A stretch of DNA of 64,000 nt. Origin: an uncultured delta proteobacterium. Lineage in GTDB: Bacteria > Myxococcota_A > Polyangia > Haliangiales > Haliangiaceae. The DNA is taken from positions 416,001 to 480,000 of the forward strand of contig CAWKDB010000010.1 in NCBI GenBank assembly GCA_963848295.1. Reading direction: 5' to 3'. The notes beneath the pieces are model-generated. The model worked only from the letters and a program-made list of their open reading frames with translations, did not search any database and had not been told where the DNA came from. This document shows, one piece after another, positions 26,218-37,637 of this stretch (the stretch's first letter is position 1; every line of letters starts with the position of its first letter). A program made the translations under genes and the position numbers.

Positions 26218-27818
26218 CGCGGGTCACAACGCTCGCGCTTGTCGCGCTTCACGGCGTGGCGCTCGCCGACGGCGACGCGACGACGACCGGCGTGACCACC
26301 ACGGCTCCGGACACCGACCCACTCGACGTCCGGCTGACGCTGTCGTCCTTCCTTTATCAACAGAGTGGCAAGGACGCCGCGCCGATCGTCGACTCCGGCT
26401 CGACGCTGCAGAATGCGAGTCCGGTGCGCCGCGTGTTCGGCGACATGCGCGGCGAGATCTCGGACTCGGGGTTCGCGCTCGACGGCCGCGTGCGCGAGAC
26501 GACGACCGACGACTATCAATCGGGCGCGGTCGGCGGAAGCGAGTACGAGATCCGGACGCTCGACTACCGGCTCGGCTCGCGCGCGACAAACCTGACGATC
26601 GGCCGGCAATTCATCTCGTCGGTCGGCGAGACCAAGGTCGACGGTCTGTCGTTCAACCACGAGCTCGCCTCGGCGCTGTCCGCGACCGTGTTCGTGGGCG
26701 CGTTTCCGCAACTCGGCTCGCGCTCACTCGACACCGACTACATCCACTTCAAGGATCCGATCACGGGCGGCAACGAGGCGTTGATCGTTCCAGTCGTCGG
26801 CGGCGTCGGCATCACGTATCAGACGCTGAACTATCACGGCGACCTCGGTGCGGCCGGGCTGTACGCGCCCGAGTCCCTGCCCGACGCCTCGGCCGACGAG
26901 AAGTCGCGCGTATTCGCGGCCTCGAGCGGTTACTGGCGCCCGGCTTCGATCCTCGACATCTATCACTTCGCACTGCTCGACGTCGTCGGCGCCGACGGCG
27001 TCAACTTGACCGACGGCAGCGTCGGCATCGACCTACGCCCGATCTCGAACGTCGTGTTATCGGCGAGCGCGATCCACATCAGCACGGACCTCCTACAGAT
27101 CGACGCGCGCAACTACCTCACCGACCCGGACCCGAGCGCGATCGGTGTCGTTCAGAACAACGTCGCGCTGCTCAAGATCGCGAACGATATGGTACGGGGC
27201 TCGGCCAGCGTCTCGTTCGCGGAGCGGCGGTTCGAGATCTCGGGCTCCGGCGGTCTCCACGTGCGGCCGAGCGTGACGGTGCCGCTCCCGCTGTCCGACG
27301 GCACCACCGGTGAGCTCGTCATGCCGGAGGAGCGTTCGATCGACGCGACCGTCACGATCCTCGATCGCCGTTCGATCGCCGGCCTGCGAATCGCGGTGTC
27401 CGGCAGCATCATCGATCCGCTCGGCACGAAGACGCCGAATCGCTCGCGCGGCACGGTCGGTCGGTTGTCCGCGAGCCGGACGTTCGCGCTGCAACGCGGC
27501 CAGATCGAGGCCGACGTCATGGCCGAGTCGTTCGACGACATCGGCAGCGCGCAGCAATGCTCGACGTATACGAACCCACTCGCATGCTACGGCACGGCGC
27601 ATACGACCGCAGGCCAGGCCGGCGCGCTCGGCTCATGGCGCGTCGGTCGCGAGTGGCTCGTGCTCGCCGACTTCCACGTCGGGTATCAAAAGATCGGCTC
27701 GACGTTCGTCACGATGGACCCGACCGATCCGTCGTCACCGCTCGTCGACATGCCGATTCACTGGCCGGGAGTCATCTCGGTCACCGCGTTCGCACGTGTG
27801 CAATGGCGGTTCCGCTAG
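26208..27818 (+). CDS. Outer-membrane beta-barrel (porin of a porin-cytochrome complex)
   Basis: Signal peptide; LTIGRQF...KVDG; many amphipathic strands; terminal ARVQWRFR; lies between two multiheme cytochrome genes. Confidence 0.8.
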   Translation: MSIARVTTLALVALHGVALADGDATTTGVTTTAPDTDPLDVRLTLSSFLYQQSGKDAAPIVDSGSTLQNASPVRRVFGDMRGEISDSGFALDGRVRETTTDDYQSGAVGGSEYEIRTLDYRLGSRATNLTIGRQFISSVGETKVDGLSFNHELASALSATVFVGAFPQLGSRSLDTDYIHFKDPITGGNEALIVPVVGGVGITYQTLNYHGDLGAAGLYAPESLPDASADEKSRVFAASSGYWRPASILDIYHFALLDVVGADGVNLTDGSVGIDLRPISNVVLSASAIHISTDLLQIDARNYLTDPDPSAIGVVQNNVALLKIANDMVRGSASVSFAERRFEISGSGGLHVRPSVTVPLPLSDGTTGELVMPEERSIDATVTILDRRSIAGLRIAVSGSIIDPLGTKTPNRSRGTVGRLSASRTFALQRGQIEADVMAESFDDIGSAQQCSTYTNPLACYGTAHTTAGQAGALGSWRVGREWLVLADFHVGYQKIGSTFVTMDPTDPSSPLVDMPIHWPGVISVTAFARVQWRFR

Positions 27819-27884
27819 TGCGGCAAGCGCACGGTGCGCGCACAGGTCGTACACGCCAGGGATGCGCTGGCGCGGGCTTTCGCC

Positions 27885-27900
27885 TGGTCCTTCGTTTGCT
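27885..27900 (+). promoter_or_regulatory. Putative sigma54 promoter
   Basis: TGGTCCTTCGTTTGCT, 13 nt before GTG 27914. Confidence 0.6.
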
Positions 27901-27913
27901 CCACGCCAAGGCT

Positions 27914-30900
27914 GTGCGCGCGTCTACAGCATTCGGCGTCGCGACGCTCGTTGTGCTCGCGGCGTGCAACCTGGGCAACCACGAGCCGTCCGAAGCCGGC
28001 GTAGGTCAGCTGCCTCCATCCGACGCCTGCTCCGGCGTATGCCACGGCTCCGGGCCGAGCATCGCTCCGCCGCGCGATGCTGAAGGCAACAGCCTGACCT
28101 CGGCGAAAGGCGTCGGCGCGCATCAAGCCCACTTGCTGGCCTCGTCGCCCTGGCACGCGACGTTCACGTGCGTGACGTGTCACAAGGTGCCCGCCCAGGT
28201 CGGCGACCCCGGCCACATCTTCAACTACGGCGCCGATGGCACGCCGATCCCGATCACCGGTCCGGCGGTGCCCACGTTCACCGGGCTCGCGGTCGGCGCG
28301 CTGTACGACGAAGACAGCGGGACCTGCACGAACACGTACTGTCACGGCGACACCCTGCACGGCACGAACGCGACGACGAACATGGTGATGGGCGACGGCG
28401 GCGGAACGCTGACCAAGCCGGTGTGGACCCAAGTCGATGGCACCGCAAACCAGTGCGGGTCGTGTCATGGCCTGCCGCCGCCGGCGCCGCATCCGCAGAA
28501 TCAGGACTGCGGTCAGTGCCACCAGTCGATGAACCCCGGCGACTTCGCGGCCGGAAAGATCTCCTACCCCGCGCTCCACATCGACGGTGTCGTCGAGGTC
28601 GCGTCGTCCGAGGCGTGCGATTCGTGTCACGGCGGGAGCGGCCAATACGCTCCGCCCAAGGATGCCCACGGCAATACGCTGACGACCGCGCCCGGCGTCG
28701 GCGCACACGCGCAGCACATGACGACGTCGTCGACGTGGCATGCACCGATCGACTGCAACGAGTGTCATCAGGTGCCGGGCAGCACGACCGACTTGACCCA
28801 CCTCGACGGCATCGACGAGGTCTATCTCGATCCGACCGTCCCGGTGCCCGGTTCGACCACCGGGACCACCGGCGGCAAGCTGCAGATTCCCGGCGCGGTG
28901 TGGAACGCGAACAACTACACGTGCTCGAACACGTACTGCCACGGCGGCGGGACGACGACTCCGCTGACCGGCGGCGCGACCGTGACGCCGTTGTGGACCA
29001 AGGTCGACGGCACCCAGAGTCAATGCCAGTCCTGCCACGGCTTCCCGCCACCGACGCCCCATCCGCAGGACTCCGACTGCGGCAAGTGCCACCCGACGAT
29101 GACGGCGGGCGACAACACGACGATCACGTATCCGGCCAAGCACATCGACGGCAACGTCGACGTCATCAACGATCAACCCTGCAACAACTGCCACGGTGAC
29201 AAGAGCGCGACGCCGGTCGTTGGCGACAACATCGTCAACGCTCCGCCGACCGATACCCACGGCAACACCGCGACGAACCTCATCGGCGTCGGTGCCCACG
29301 CGTCTCACATGCAGGCGTCGAGCTGGCGCGCTGCGATCGCGTGCACGCAATGTCACACCGTGCCGACGTCACTCGAGTCGATCGGCCACATCGATCACCC
29401 GCTGCCCGCGTACGTCCGGTTCGGATCCCTCGCCGGCTCGACCGCGGTCTGGAACGAATCGACGTGCAGCAACACGTACTGCCACGGTGCGACGCTGAGC
29501 TACATGGGCGTCGGCGCCGGCGGCACCGCGACGACGCCGGTGTGGACGAAGGTCGATGGCTCGCAGAGCACGTGCGGATCCTGTCACGGCTTGCCACCTC
29601 CATCGCCGCATCCGCAAGACGCCGACTGCGGCAAGTGCCACAACACGATGACGCCCGGGGGCGGCTTGGTGATCACCGATCCGACGCGTCACATCGACGG
29701 CAACCTCGACGTCGACGACGACAAGCCATGCAATTTCTGCCACGGCAACGCCAGCGCCACGCCGAGCTCGAACAGCGACCCGGTCAACGCACCACCGCTC
29801 GATACGCTCGGCAACAGCTCGACCGCCGATCGCGGCGTCGGCGCGCACCAATCGCACCTCTCGCCGTCGAATCTATTCTTCAAGGCGATCGTATGCAGCG
29901 ACTGTCACACCGTGCCCGCGACGGTGAACTCGGTCGGTCACATCGATCACGCGCTACCCGCGTACATGAAGTTCAGCGCGCGCGCCGGCTCGAGCCCGAC
30001 GTGGAACGGCGCGATCTGCAGCAACGTCTACTGTCACGGCTCGAGCCTTACCGACGGTAGCACCGGCGCCGGCGGCTCGGCGACGTCGCCGATCTGGGCG
30101 AAGGTCGACGGCTCGCAAGCACAGTGCTCGTCGTGTCACGGCAACCCACCGCCCGCGCCGCATGCGCAGGATCCCGACTGCGGCAAGTGCCACAACGACG
30201 TCACGCTCGGCTCGCCGACCGTGTTCAGCGATCCGACGCGTCACATCGACGGCAACCTCGACGTCACCTCGGATCAGCCGTGCAACACCTGCCACGGCGA
30301 TAGCACCGCCACGCCCACCGGCGGCGGTGACCCGGTCAATGCGCCGCCGACCGATACCACCGGCGGCTCCGCGCCGACGCTGCGCGGCGTCGGCGCGCAC
30401 CAAGCGCACCTCACCGGTGGATCGACGTGGCACGCGGTCGTGAACTGCGTCGAGTGCCACGCGGTGCCGACCTCGGTCGAGCCGCATGCGAGCCAGCCGC
30501 TGCCGGCCTCGATGGCGTTCAGCGGCGTCGCCGCGACCGGGACCGGGACGACCTGGGACGGCGCGAACTGCAGCTCGTATTGCCACGGCTCGACGCTCGC
30601 CGCCGGTGGCGCCGATACGTCGCCGGACTGGACCCTGGTCGATGGCTCGCAAGAGCAGTGCACGTCGTGCCACGGCAATCCGCCGCCCGCGCCGCACCCG
30701 CAAGATGCGGCCGACTGCGGCTCGTGCCACATGGACGTCATGCTGGGCTCGCCGACCGTGTTCACCGCTCCATCGATGCACATCGACGGCATCGTCGAGG
30801 TCAGCCAGGTTCATCCGGCCGGCTACGACCAGGTCGCGATGCACGGCTACGACTACGACAAGCAGGGCCAGACCAACTGCGCGACATCGGGCTGTCACGG

Positions 30901-31648
30901 CACGACGCTGCTCGGTGGCTCGACCGGCGGCCCGTCGTGCTCGACGAACAACTATAACGGCGGCGGCTGCCACTCGACGACGATCGCGACCGGCTACACG
31001 TGGCAGACCCAGTGCACGTTCTGCCACGGCGATATCACGACGCCGTCCGGCAACGGCGCGCCACCGCAAGGCGTCGAAGGTGCCACCGCTCCGACCGATC
31101 CGACCGTCGGCGCTCACCAGATCCATCTCGGCGCGACGCTGACCCACGCCACGTGGGACTGCACGATGTGCCACGTCAAGCCGACGTCGGCGACGAGCCC
31201 TGGGCACATCAGCGGCAACGGCACCGACACCGCGAAGATGACGTTCTCGACGCTCAACCCATCCGCGACGTACAACACGACGGCGTATACGTGCGGCACC
31301 ACGTATTGCCATGGCAACGGCCAGACGACCGCCACGTCGCCGGCGTGGACCTCGACCACGGCTCTGACCTGTAACTCGTGTCACAAGACGCCAGCCCCGG
31401 GCGGCTCGGCGTCGGGCATGTCGGGCGAGCACAGCACGCACATCGGGGACCAACGGATGAAGTGCTCGCAGTGCCACTCGACCGTGGTCGACACGACGCC
31501 GAACATCATCAACGTGCTGCTTCACATCAACGGTACGAAGGACGTCAACTTCTCCGGGGGCGGCACGTGGACGCCGTCTGGTACGAGCGGTTCGTGCTCC
31601 GGCCTCGGCGGCAACTGCCACGGAACCAAGAGCTGGAATGGAGGGTGA
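27914..31648 (+). CDS. 33-heme lipoprotein multiheme cytochrome (CxxxxCH/CxxCH repeat type)
   Basis: Lipobox VLAAC; manual count 23 CxxCH, 2 CX3CH, 6 CX4CH, 1 CX6CH, 1 CX9CH; ~200-aa 5-heme repeat. Confidence 0.95.
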   Translation: MRASTAFGVATLVVLAACNLGNHEPSEAGVGQLPPSDACSGVCHGSGPSIAPPRDAEGNSLTSAKGVGAHQAHLLASSPWHATFTCVTCHKVPAQVGDPGHIFNYGADGTPIPITGPAVPTFTGLAVGALYDEDSGTCTNTYCHGDTLHGTNATTNMVMGDGGGTLTKPVWTQVDGTANQCGSCHGLPPPAPHPQNQDCGQCHQSMNPGDFAAGKISYPALHIDGVVEVASSEACDSCHGGSGQYAPPKDAHGNTLTTAPGVGAHAQHMTTSSTWHAPIDCNECHQVPGSTTDLTHLDGIDEVYLDPTVPVPGSTTGTTGGKLQIPGAVWNANNYTCSNTYCHGGGTTTPLTGGATVTPLWTKVDGTQSQCQSCHGFPPPTPHPQDSDCGKCHPTMTAGDNTTITYPAKHIDGNVDVINDQPCNNCHGDKSATPVVGDNIVNAPPTDTHGNTATNLIGVGAHASHMQASSWRAAIACTQCHTVPTSLESIGHIDHPLPAYVRFGSLAGSTAVWNESTCSNTYCHGATLSYMGVGAGGTATTPVWTKVDGSQSTCGSCHGLPPPSPHPQDADCGKCHNTMTPGGGLVITDPTRHIDGNLDVDDDKPCNFCHGNASATPSSNSDPVNAPPLDTLGNSSTADRGVGAHQSHLSPSNLFFKAIVCSDCHTVPATVNSVGHIDHALPAYMKFSARAGSSPTWNGAICSNVYCHGSSLTDGSTGAGGSATSPIWAKVDGSQAQCSSCHGNPPPAPHAQDPDCGKCHNDVTLGSPTVFSDPTRHIDGNLDVTSDQPCNTCHGDSTATPTGGGDPVNAPPTDTTGGSAPTLRGVGAHQAHLTGGSTWHAVVNCVECHAVPTSVEPHASQPLPASMAFSGVAATGTGTTWDGANCSSYCHGSTLAAGGADTSPDWTLVDGSQEQCTSCHGNPPPAPHPQDAADCGSCHMDVMLGSPTVFTAPSMHIDGIVEVSQVHPAGYDQVAMHGYDYDKQGQTNCATSGCHGTTLLGGSTGGPSCSTNNYNGGGCHSTTIATGYTWQTQCTFCHGDITTPSGNGAPPQGVEGATAPTDPTVGAHQIHLGATLTHATWDCTMCHVKPTSATSPGHISGNGTDTAKMTFSTLNPSATYNTTAYTCGTTYCHGNGQTTATSPAWTSTTALTCNSCHKTPAPGGSASGMSGEHSTHIGDQRMKCSQCHSTVVDTTPNIINVLLHINGTKDVNFSGGGTWTPSGTSGSCSGLGGNCHGTKSWNGG

Positions 31649-31651
31649 CAC

Positions 31652-32209
31652 ATGAACAGATCGCTGCTGCTGATCGCACTCATCGCTGGGTGTCAATCCG
31701 GCTCATCGACGAGCGGCTCTGGGCTGCCGGCGGCGAGCAGCTGGAATGCCGATCCGACGGCCGCGACCGCCGCGCCGATCGGCGCCGCGCCGCACGGGAC
31801 GATCCATACCGACGTCAACAAGCTCGGCCTGCCGCCGCCGGACCCGCACCGCACGATGGATCCGACCCACCACGTGCGCGGCGTGATCCACGCACCGCCG
31901 GATGCGAAGGTCGCGGCCGGCACCGCGGTCTTCGTCGTGGCAAAACGGACCGATGCGTCGGGCGCGCCGTCCGGACCGCCGGTCGCAGTCCGGCGCTTGA
32001 CCTGGGGCACGGGTGACTTGCCATTCGAGCTCAGCGAAGCCAATGCGATGATCGCGGGCACGCAACTCGACGGGACCGTCGTCGTCACCGCGCACTACGA
32101 CCATGACGGCGACGCGCTGACGAAGACCAGCGGCGATCTGATCGGCCAGGCCACCGTCACCGTGCCCGACGATCACGTCGAGCTCGCGCTCACGACCGTC
32201 GTCCCGTAA
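31652..32209 (+). CDS. Lipoprotein with CcmI/CycH C-terminal-like domain
   Basis: Lipobox IAGC; VFVVAK...GPPVAVRRL...LPFELSEANAMIAG...VVVTAHYD.DGDA resembles the C-terminal domain of CcmI. Confidence 0.7.
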   Translation: MNRSLLLIALIAGCQSGSSTSGSGLPAASSWNADPTAATAAPIGAAPHGTIHTDVNKLGLPPPDPHRTMDPTHHVRGVIHAPPDAKVAAGTAVFVVAKRTDASGAPSGPPVAVRRLTWGTGDLPFELSEANAMIAGTQLDGTVVVTAHYDHDGDALTKTSGDLIGQATVTVPDDHVELALTTVVP

Positions 32210-32357
32210 CGCTCGTCGCGTCGGCGGGCGCTGACTCAGCACCGAATAGTTCCGGACACGTCGGTGTTCTGACGGCCGTGTCAGCGCGCGATAACGATCC
32301 ATCATCTCGGCCGAGCCAACTGCTCGATCTCGTGTTCGCCGCCGCGCTGGAAGCGCA

Positions 32358-32373
32358 TGGCGCGTCGCTTGCT
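32358..32373 (+). promoter_or_regulatory. Sigma54 -24/-12 promoter
   Basis: TGGCGCGTCGCTTGCT, near-consensus, 12 nt before ATG 32386. Confidence 0.75.
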
Positions 32374-32385
32374 CTACGGCGCTTC

Positions 32386-33186
32386 ATGGTCAACCACTTC
32401 GCCGGTCTCGGTCTCGCGGCGACTCTACTCGTCGCGGCGGCGACCGGATGCGCGTCGCCATCAGAAGCCGGCAAGGCGTCGATCTCGGCCATCGGGGCCA
32501 CGACGTGGTTTGCGCCCTTGCACTATCCGGTCGATGTGAGCTGGGTCCGAGAGTCGACCGACTGCTTGCCCGAAGGAACCTGTCTCGAGCTGGTGCCGTT
32601 CAGGATCGACAGCCTCGACTGCACCGACTGCACGCTGTCGGTGGAGACCACCGACGACACCGGCGTGATCTACGTGCCCGCGCCGGGGCTGCCGGCCGAT
32701 ACCGTCTACAGCGAGGACGCGCCGCTGTACGGCCAACCATCCGGCACGGGCCCGGCGGTGCTCACGGCCCACCTGACTTCAGTCGATGGCGTGTCGCAGA
32801 CCGTCACCACGCAGGTCGCCGTCGATCACGTGATCGCGATCCATGCGACCTGCGAGCTCGACGACGGCTACGATGCCGGCCTCGGCGGTGAACGCTACGA
32901 AGCGTGCGGGGCCACCCGCACCGCCGACCAGGGCATCCGCATCACGCCCACGTTCACCACCGCGAGCGGCGCGGTCCTCGATCTGACTGACCTCAGCGGG
33001 TCCAGCGACCCGCTACTGGCCGTGGCCTACAACGATCTGCCAGCGATCGCCCCCGAACCATCGAGCTGGACGGGCGCGAGCGCCTGGATCGATCCGACCA
33101 CCACCGCGCCCACGGTGACGGTGAGCTGGAACGTCGACGGCACTCAGCTGTCCGGCACCGTCGTGCTCCCGACGATCGCGATGTGA
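32386..33186 (+). CDS. Hypothetical lipoprotein
   Basis: Lipobox ATGC; Thr/Asp-rich beta-like sequence with paired Cys. Confidence 0.75.
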   Translation: MVNHFAGLGLAATLLVAAATGCASPSEAGKASISAIGATTWFAPLHYPVDVSWVRESTDCLPEGTCLELVPFRIDSLDCTDCTLSVETTDDTGVIYVPAPGLPADTVYSEDAPLYGQPSGTGPAVLTAHLTSVDGVSQTVTTQVAVDHVIAIHATCELDDGYDAGLGGERYEACGATRTADQGIRITPTFTTASGAVLDLTDLSGSSDPLLAVAYNDLPAIAPEPSSWTGASAWIDPTTTAPTVTVSWNVDGTQLSGTVVLPTIAM

Positions 33187-33204
33187 CCGCCGCGGCGGTT
33201 CAGG

Positions 33205-34974
<1,770 letters not shown>

Positions 34975-34988
34975 GCCGTTCCCTCGCG

Positions 34989-35816
34989 TCACGGGGTGAC
35001 GATCCGGCCGGGAGCCGAGCTCGCGCCGTCTTGCGTGTGGCACCCATTGCAGTCGCCCGAGGTCTGGGCGCTGGCCATGACGCGCTCCTGCCCGCCGACG
35101 ACGACCTTCGCGTGAATCGGGAACGCCATCGTCGATCGCGAGTAGAAGTTGCCGGCGGAGTTGACCGTCAAGTTGTAGACCACAGCGTTCGCATCCGTGA
35201 TGACAACGGTTGCGTCGCCGGCGACGCCGTCGCACAGGTCGGGCTCGTGGCCGGTAGGATATACCGTGCCGGCCACGCCGAACCGAGGTGCCTCGCCACC
35301 GGACTGGTCGTGGCACGCGATGCATGCTTCGCCCGGATCCATCTGCGACGACCCATCGCCATGGCCGCTGTAGAACTTGCCGCTCGTGCAGGTCGGCGCG
35401 GCATTGAGCGGATCGGTCCCCGTCGTCGTCCCACACGTCCCCATCGGCGTGCCGGCGGTCACCCACGCCTGAAATGTCGCGATGTCCGCGGCGGATACCG
35501 AGGCTGAACCTGCCGGTGGCATCGGGCTCGATGTCGCGGTCATCCGCGTCAGCGCGCGCTGCGCATATGTGATGCCGGAGCTATTCGTGGCGATCAGGTC
35601 GTCATACGTGACCAAGGAGATCGGCGCCCCGCCGCTCGGCGGATCGCCGTGGCAGCCCAAACAATTGTTCGCGAGCACACTCGCGACGTCGCATGGCAGA
35701 TCGGTCTGGGCTCCTGTGTTTGTACCGCCCGACCCGATCCCGCCGGTCAACGGGACGTCGATCCCGCACGCGGTCAGTGCCGCAAGCCCGGCAACGCAAC
35801 CTAGAAAGTCTCGCAT
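34989..35816 (-). CDS. Triheme cytochrome lipoprotein paralog C
   Basis: Lipobox LTAC; CLGCH...PMPP monoheme domain, then CIACH...AGTVY...GNFY...CNGCH...APGRI diheme module. Confidence 0.85.
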   Translation of the reverse strand: MRDFLGCVAGLAALTACGIDVPLTGGIGSGGTNTGAQTDLPCDVASVLANNCLGCHGDPPSGGAPISLVTYDDLIATNSSGITYAQRALTRMTATSSPMPPAGSASVSAADIATFQAWVTAGTPMGTCGTTTGTDPLNAAPTCTSGKFYSGHGDGSSQMDPGEACIACHDQSGGEAPRFGVAGTVYPTGHEPDLCDGVAGDATVVITDANAVVYNLTVNSAGNFYSRSTMAFPIHAKVVVGGQERVMASAQTSGDCNGCHTQDGASSAPGRIVTP

Positions 35817-35829
35817 CACGGACGTGTTC

Positions 35830-35845
35830 AGCAAGCGACATGCCG
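35830..35845 (-). promoter_or_regulatory. Sigma54 -24/-12 promoter
   Basis: CGGCATGTCGCTTGCT, 13 nt before ATG 35816. Confidence 0.7.
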
Positions 35846-35947
35846 CGTGAACTCGTTGATCTGTCGTCGCTCTCGCGGCATATCCGTTGTGCGGGTCTCG
35901 CACAGTACGAGACGTGCACGAAGCAAAGTGGCGTAGACTACGCGCTG

Positions 35948-37567
35948 GTGTCCGAGGCCCAGCCACAGATCGGCTCGACCGCCAACACCTACGTCATCCT
36001 CGCGAAGTTGGCGACCGGCGGCATGGCGGAACTGTTCCTCGCGCGCAACGCGAGCGGCGCAGGCATCGAGCGCTATGTCGTCCTCAAGCGCGTGCTCGGT
36101 CATCGCGCAAACGATGCGAGCTTTGTCCAGATGTTCCTCGACGAGGCCCGCCTCGCTGCGCAGCTCCAGCACCCGAACATCGCGCAGGTCTACGACACCG
36201 GCGTGATCGGCGACTCGTACTTCTTCACGATGGAGTTCGTCCACGGCGAGACCGTGCGTCAGATCCTCCATCGCGGCTACGAACGCGAGCTCGAGCTACC
36301 GCTCGGCTGCGTGCTGACGATCGCCGCGCACACCGCGGCGGGCTTGCATCATGCGCACGAGCGAAGAGGGCTCGATGGCGAGCCGCTCGGCATCGTTCAT
36401 CGCGACGTCTCGCCGTCGAACTTGATGGTGACGTACGAGGGTCACGTCAAGGTCGTCGACTTCGGTGTCGCGAAGGCGACGGTGCGATCGTCGGAGACCG
36501 AGTCCGGAACGGTCAAGGGCAAGATCTCGTACATGTCGCCCGAGCAGTGTCGCGGGCGCGTGCTCGATCGCCGCAGCGACCTCTTCGCGCTCGGCATCGT
36601 GATGTGGGAGATGCTCGCCGGCGATCGCCTGTTCAAGCGCACGACCGACTACGAGAACATGGAGGCGATCGTCAAGGAGCAGGCGCCGTCGCTACTCCCT
36701 CGCCGGCCGGCGCTGCCCGCGGCCGTCGACGCCATCGTCCAGAAGCTGTTGTCGAAGGACCCGGCTGCGCGCTATCAGACCGCGGACGAGCTCGTCGAGG
36801 CGATCGAGTTCGCGGCCTCGGCTGCGAACGTCCAGCTGTCGACCGCGAGCCTCGGGCGGTTCATGCGCGAGCTGTTCGGGCAACGCCGGGAGCCCTGGCT
36901 CGATTTCACACCGCGCGATGCGACGACCGAGGCGGTGACGGTCACCGCCGCGCCGCTCGGTGGTGGCAACAATCTCAGCGATGCGCAGCTCGCGAGCGTG
37001 CCCGAGCTGCAAGCTTGGGCCCACGGTTCGGAATCGAGTGCGGTTGCACCGCGGGTACCGACGCGACCAGGCTCGGTGCCATCGCCGCGCGCCCATTCGG
37101 CGCCGAGAGCGCAGAGCGCAGCGACGGCGTCGCGCGTGGTTCCGCCGCCACGCACCGCTCGGCGAGTCGTCGGCGTGATCGCCCTCGCGGTCGGCATCGG
37201 CGCGATCGCTACCGCTTCGATCGCGCTGATCCGTCGTTCGACGGGCGGAGCTTCAGGCCGCACCGACGCGCGGACATCGGTCGTCGAGCAGACCGCAGCG
37301 TCATCGGGCAGTGCTACCGGCCGGGTGCAAGGCCCCAACGGCGACCCGCCGCTTGCTCACGCGATTCCGCTCGACGCGGGTGCACCGCCGGCCGACGCCG
37401 CTACGCCACTCGTCGACGCAGCACCGAGTCCGCCTCCGCACATCCACCCGCCGCATCATCCGGTGAGTCATCCGCCGGTCGGCGGACCGAAGTCACCGCA
37501 AGGCAAGCACCACGGCAGCAACGCACCCGACTGTGATGTCGATCCGCTGCGCTGTCGCGTGGAGTAG
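35948..37567 (+). CDS. Membrane Ser/Thr protein kinase
   Basis: GGMAELF, VVLKR, HRDVSPSN, DFGVAK, YMSPEQ; TM helix; Pro-rich tail. Confidence 0.93.
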   Translation: MSEAQPQIGSTANTYVILAKLATGGMAELFLARNASGAGIERYVVLKRVLGHRANDASFVQMFLDEARLAAQLQHPNIAQVYDTGVIGDSYFFTMEFVHGETVRQILHRGYERELELPLGCVLTIAAHTAAGLHHAHERRGLDGEPLGIVHRDVSPSNLMVTYEGHVKVVDFGVAKATVRSSETESGTVKGKISYMSPEQCRGRVLDRRSDLFALGIVMWEMLAGDRLFKRTTDYENMEAIVKEQAPSLLPRRPALPAAVDAIVQKLLSKDPAARYQTADELVEAIEFAASAANVQLSTASLGRFMRELFGQRREPWLDFTPRDATTEAVTVTAAPLGGGNNLSDAQLASVPELQAWAHGSESSAVAPRVPTRPGSVPSPRAHSAPRAQSAATASRVVPPPRTARRVVGVIALAVGIGAIATASIALIRRSTGGASGRTDARTSVVEQTAASSGSATGRVQGPNGDPPLAHAIPLDAGAPPADAATPLVDAAPSPPPHIHPPHHPVSHPPVGGPKSPQGKHHGSNAPDCDVDPLRCRVE

Positions 37568-37637
37568 CCCCGCCTCGACCCGAGTCTCGGCCGTCCTTGC
37601 CGCGCCGGACAGCCGAGCGATCGATCGGTCTCGCGGC

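Noticed and set aside
28000..30800. Recurring DNA repeats as a CRISPR array or non-coding repeat
   Set aside because: They are degenerate in-frame protein repeats of the 33-heme cytochrome, with no constant repeat-spacer structure.
22624..31696. Long minus-strand ORFs (768, 400, 513 and 580 aa) opposite the cytochrome operon
   Set aside because: Antisense shadows of high-GC coding sequence; Arg/Ala-rich with no motifs.
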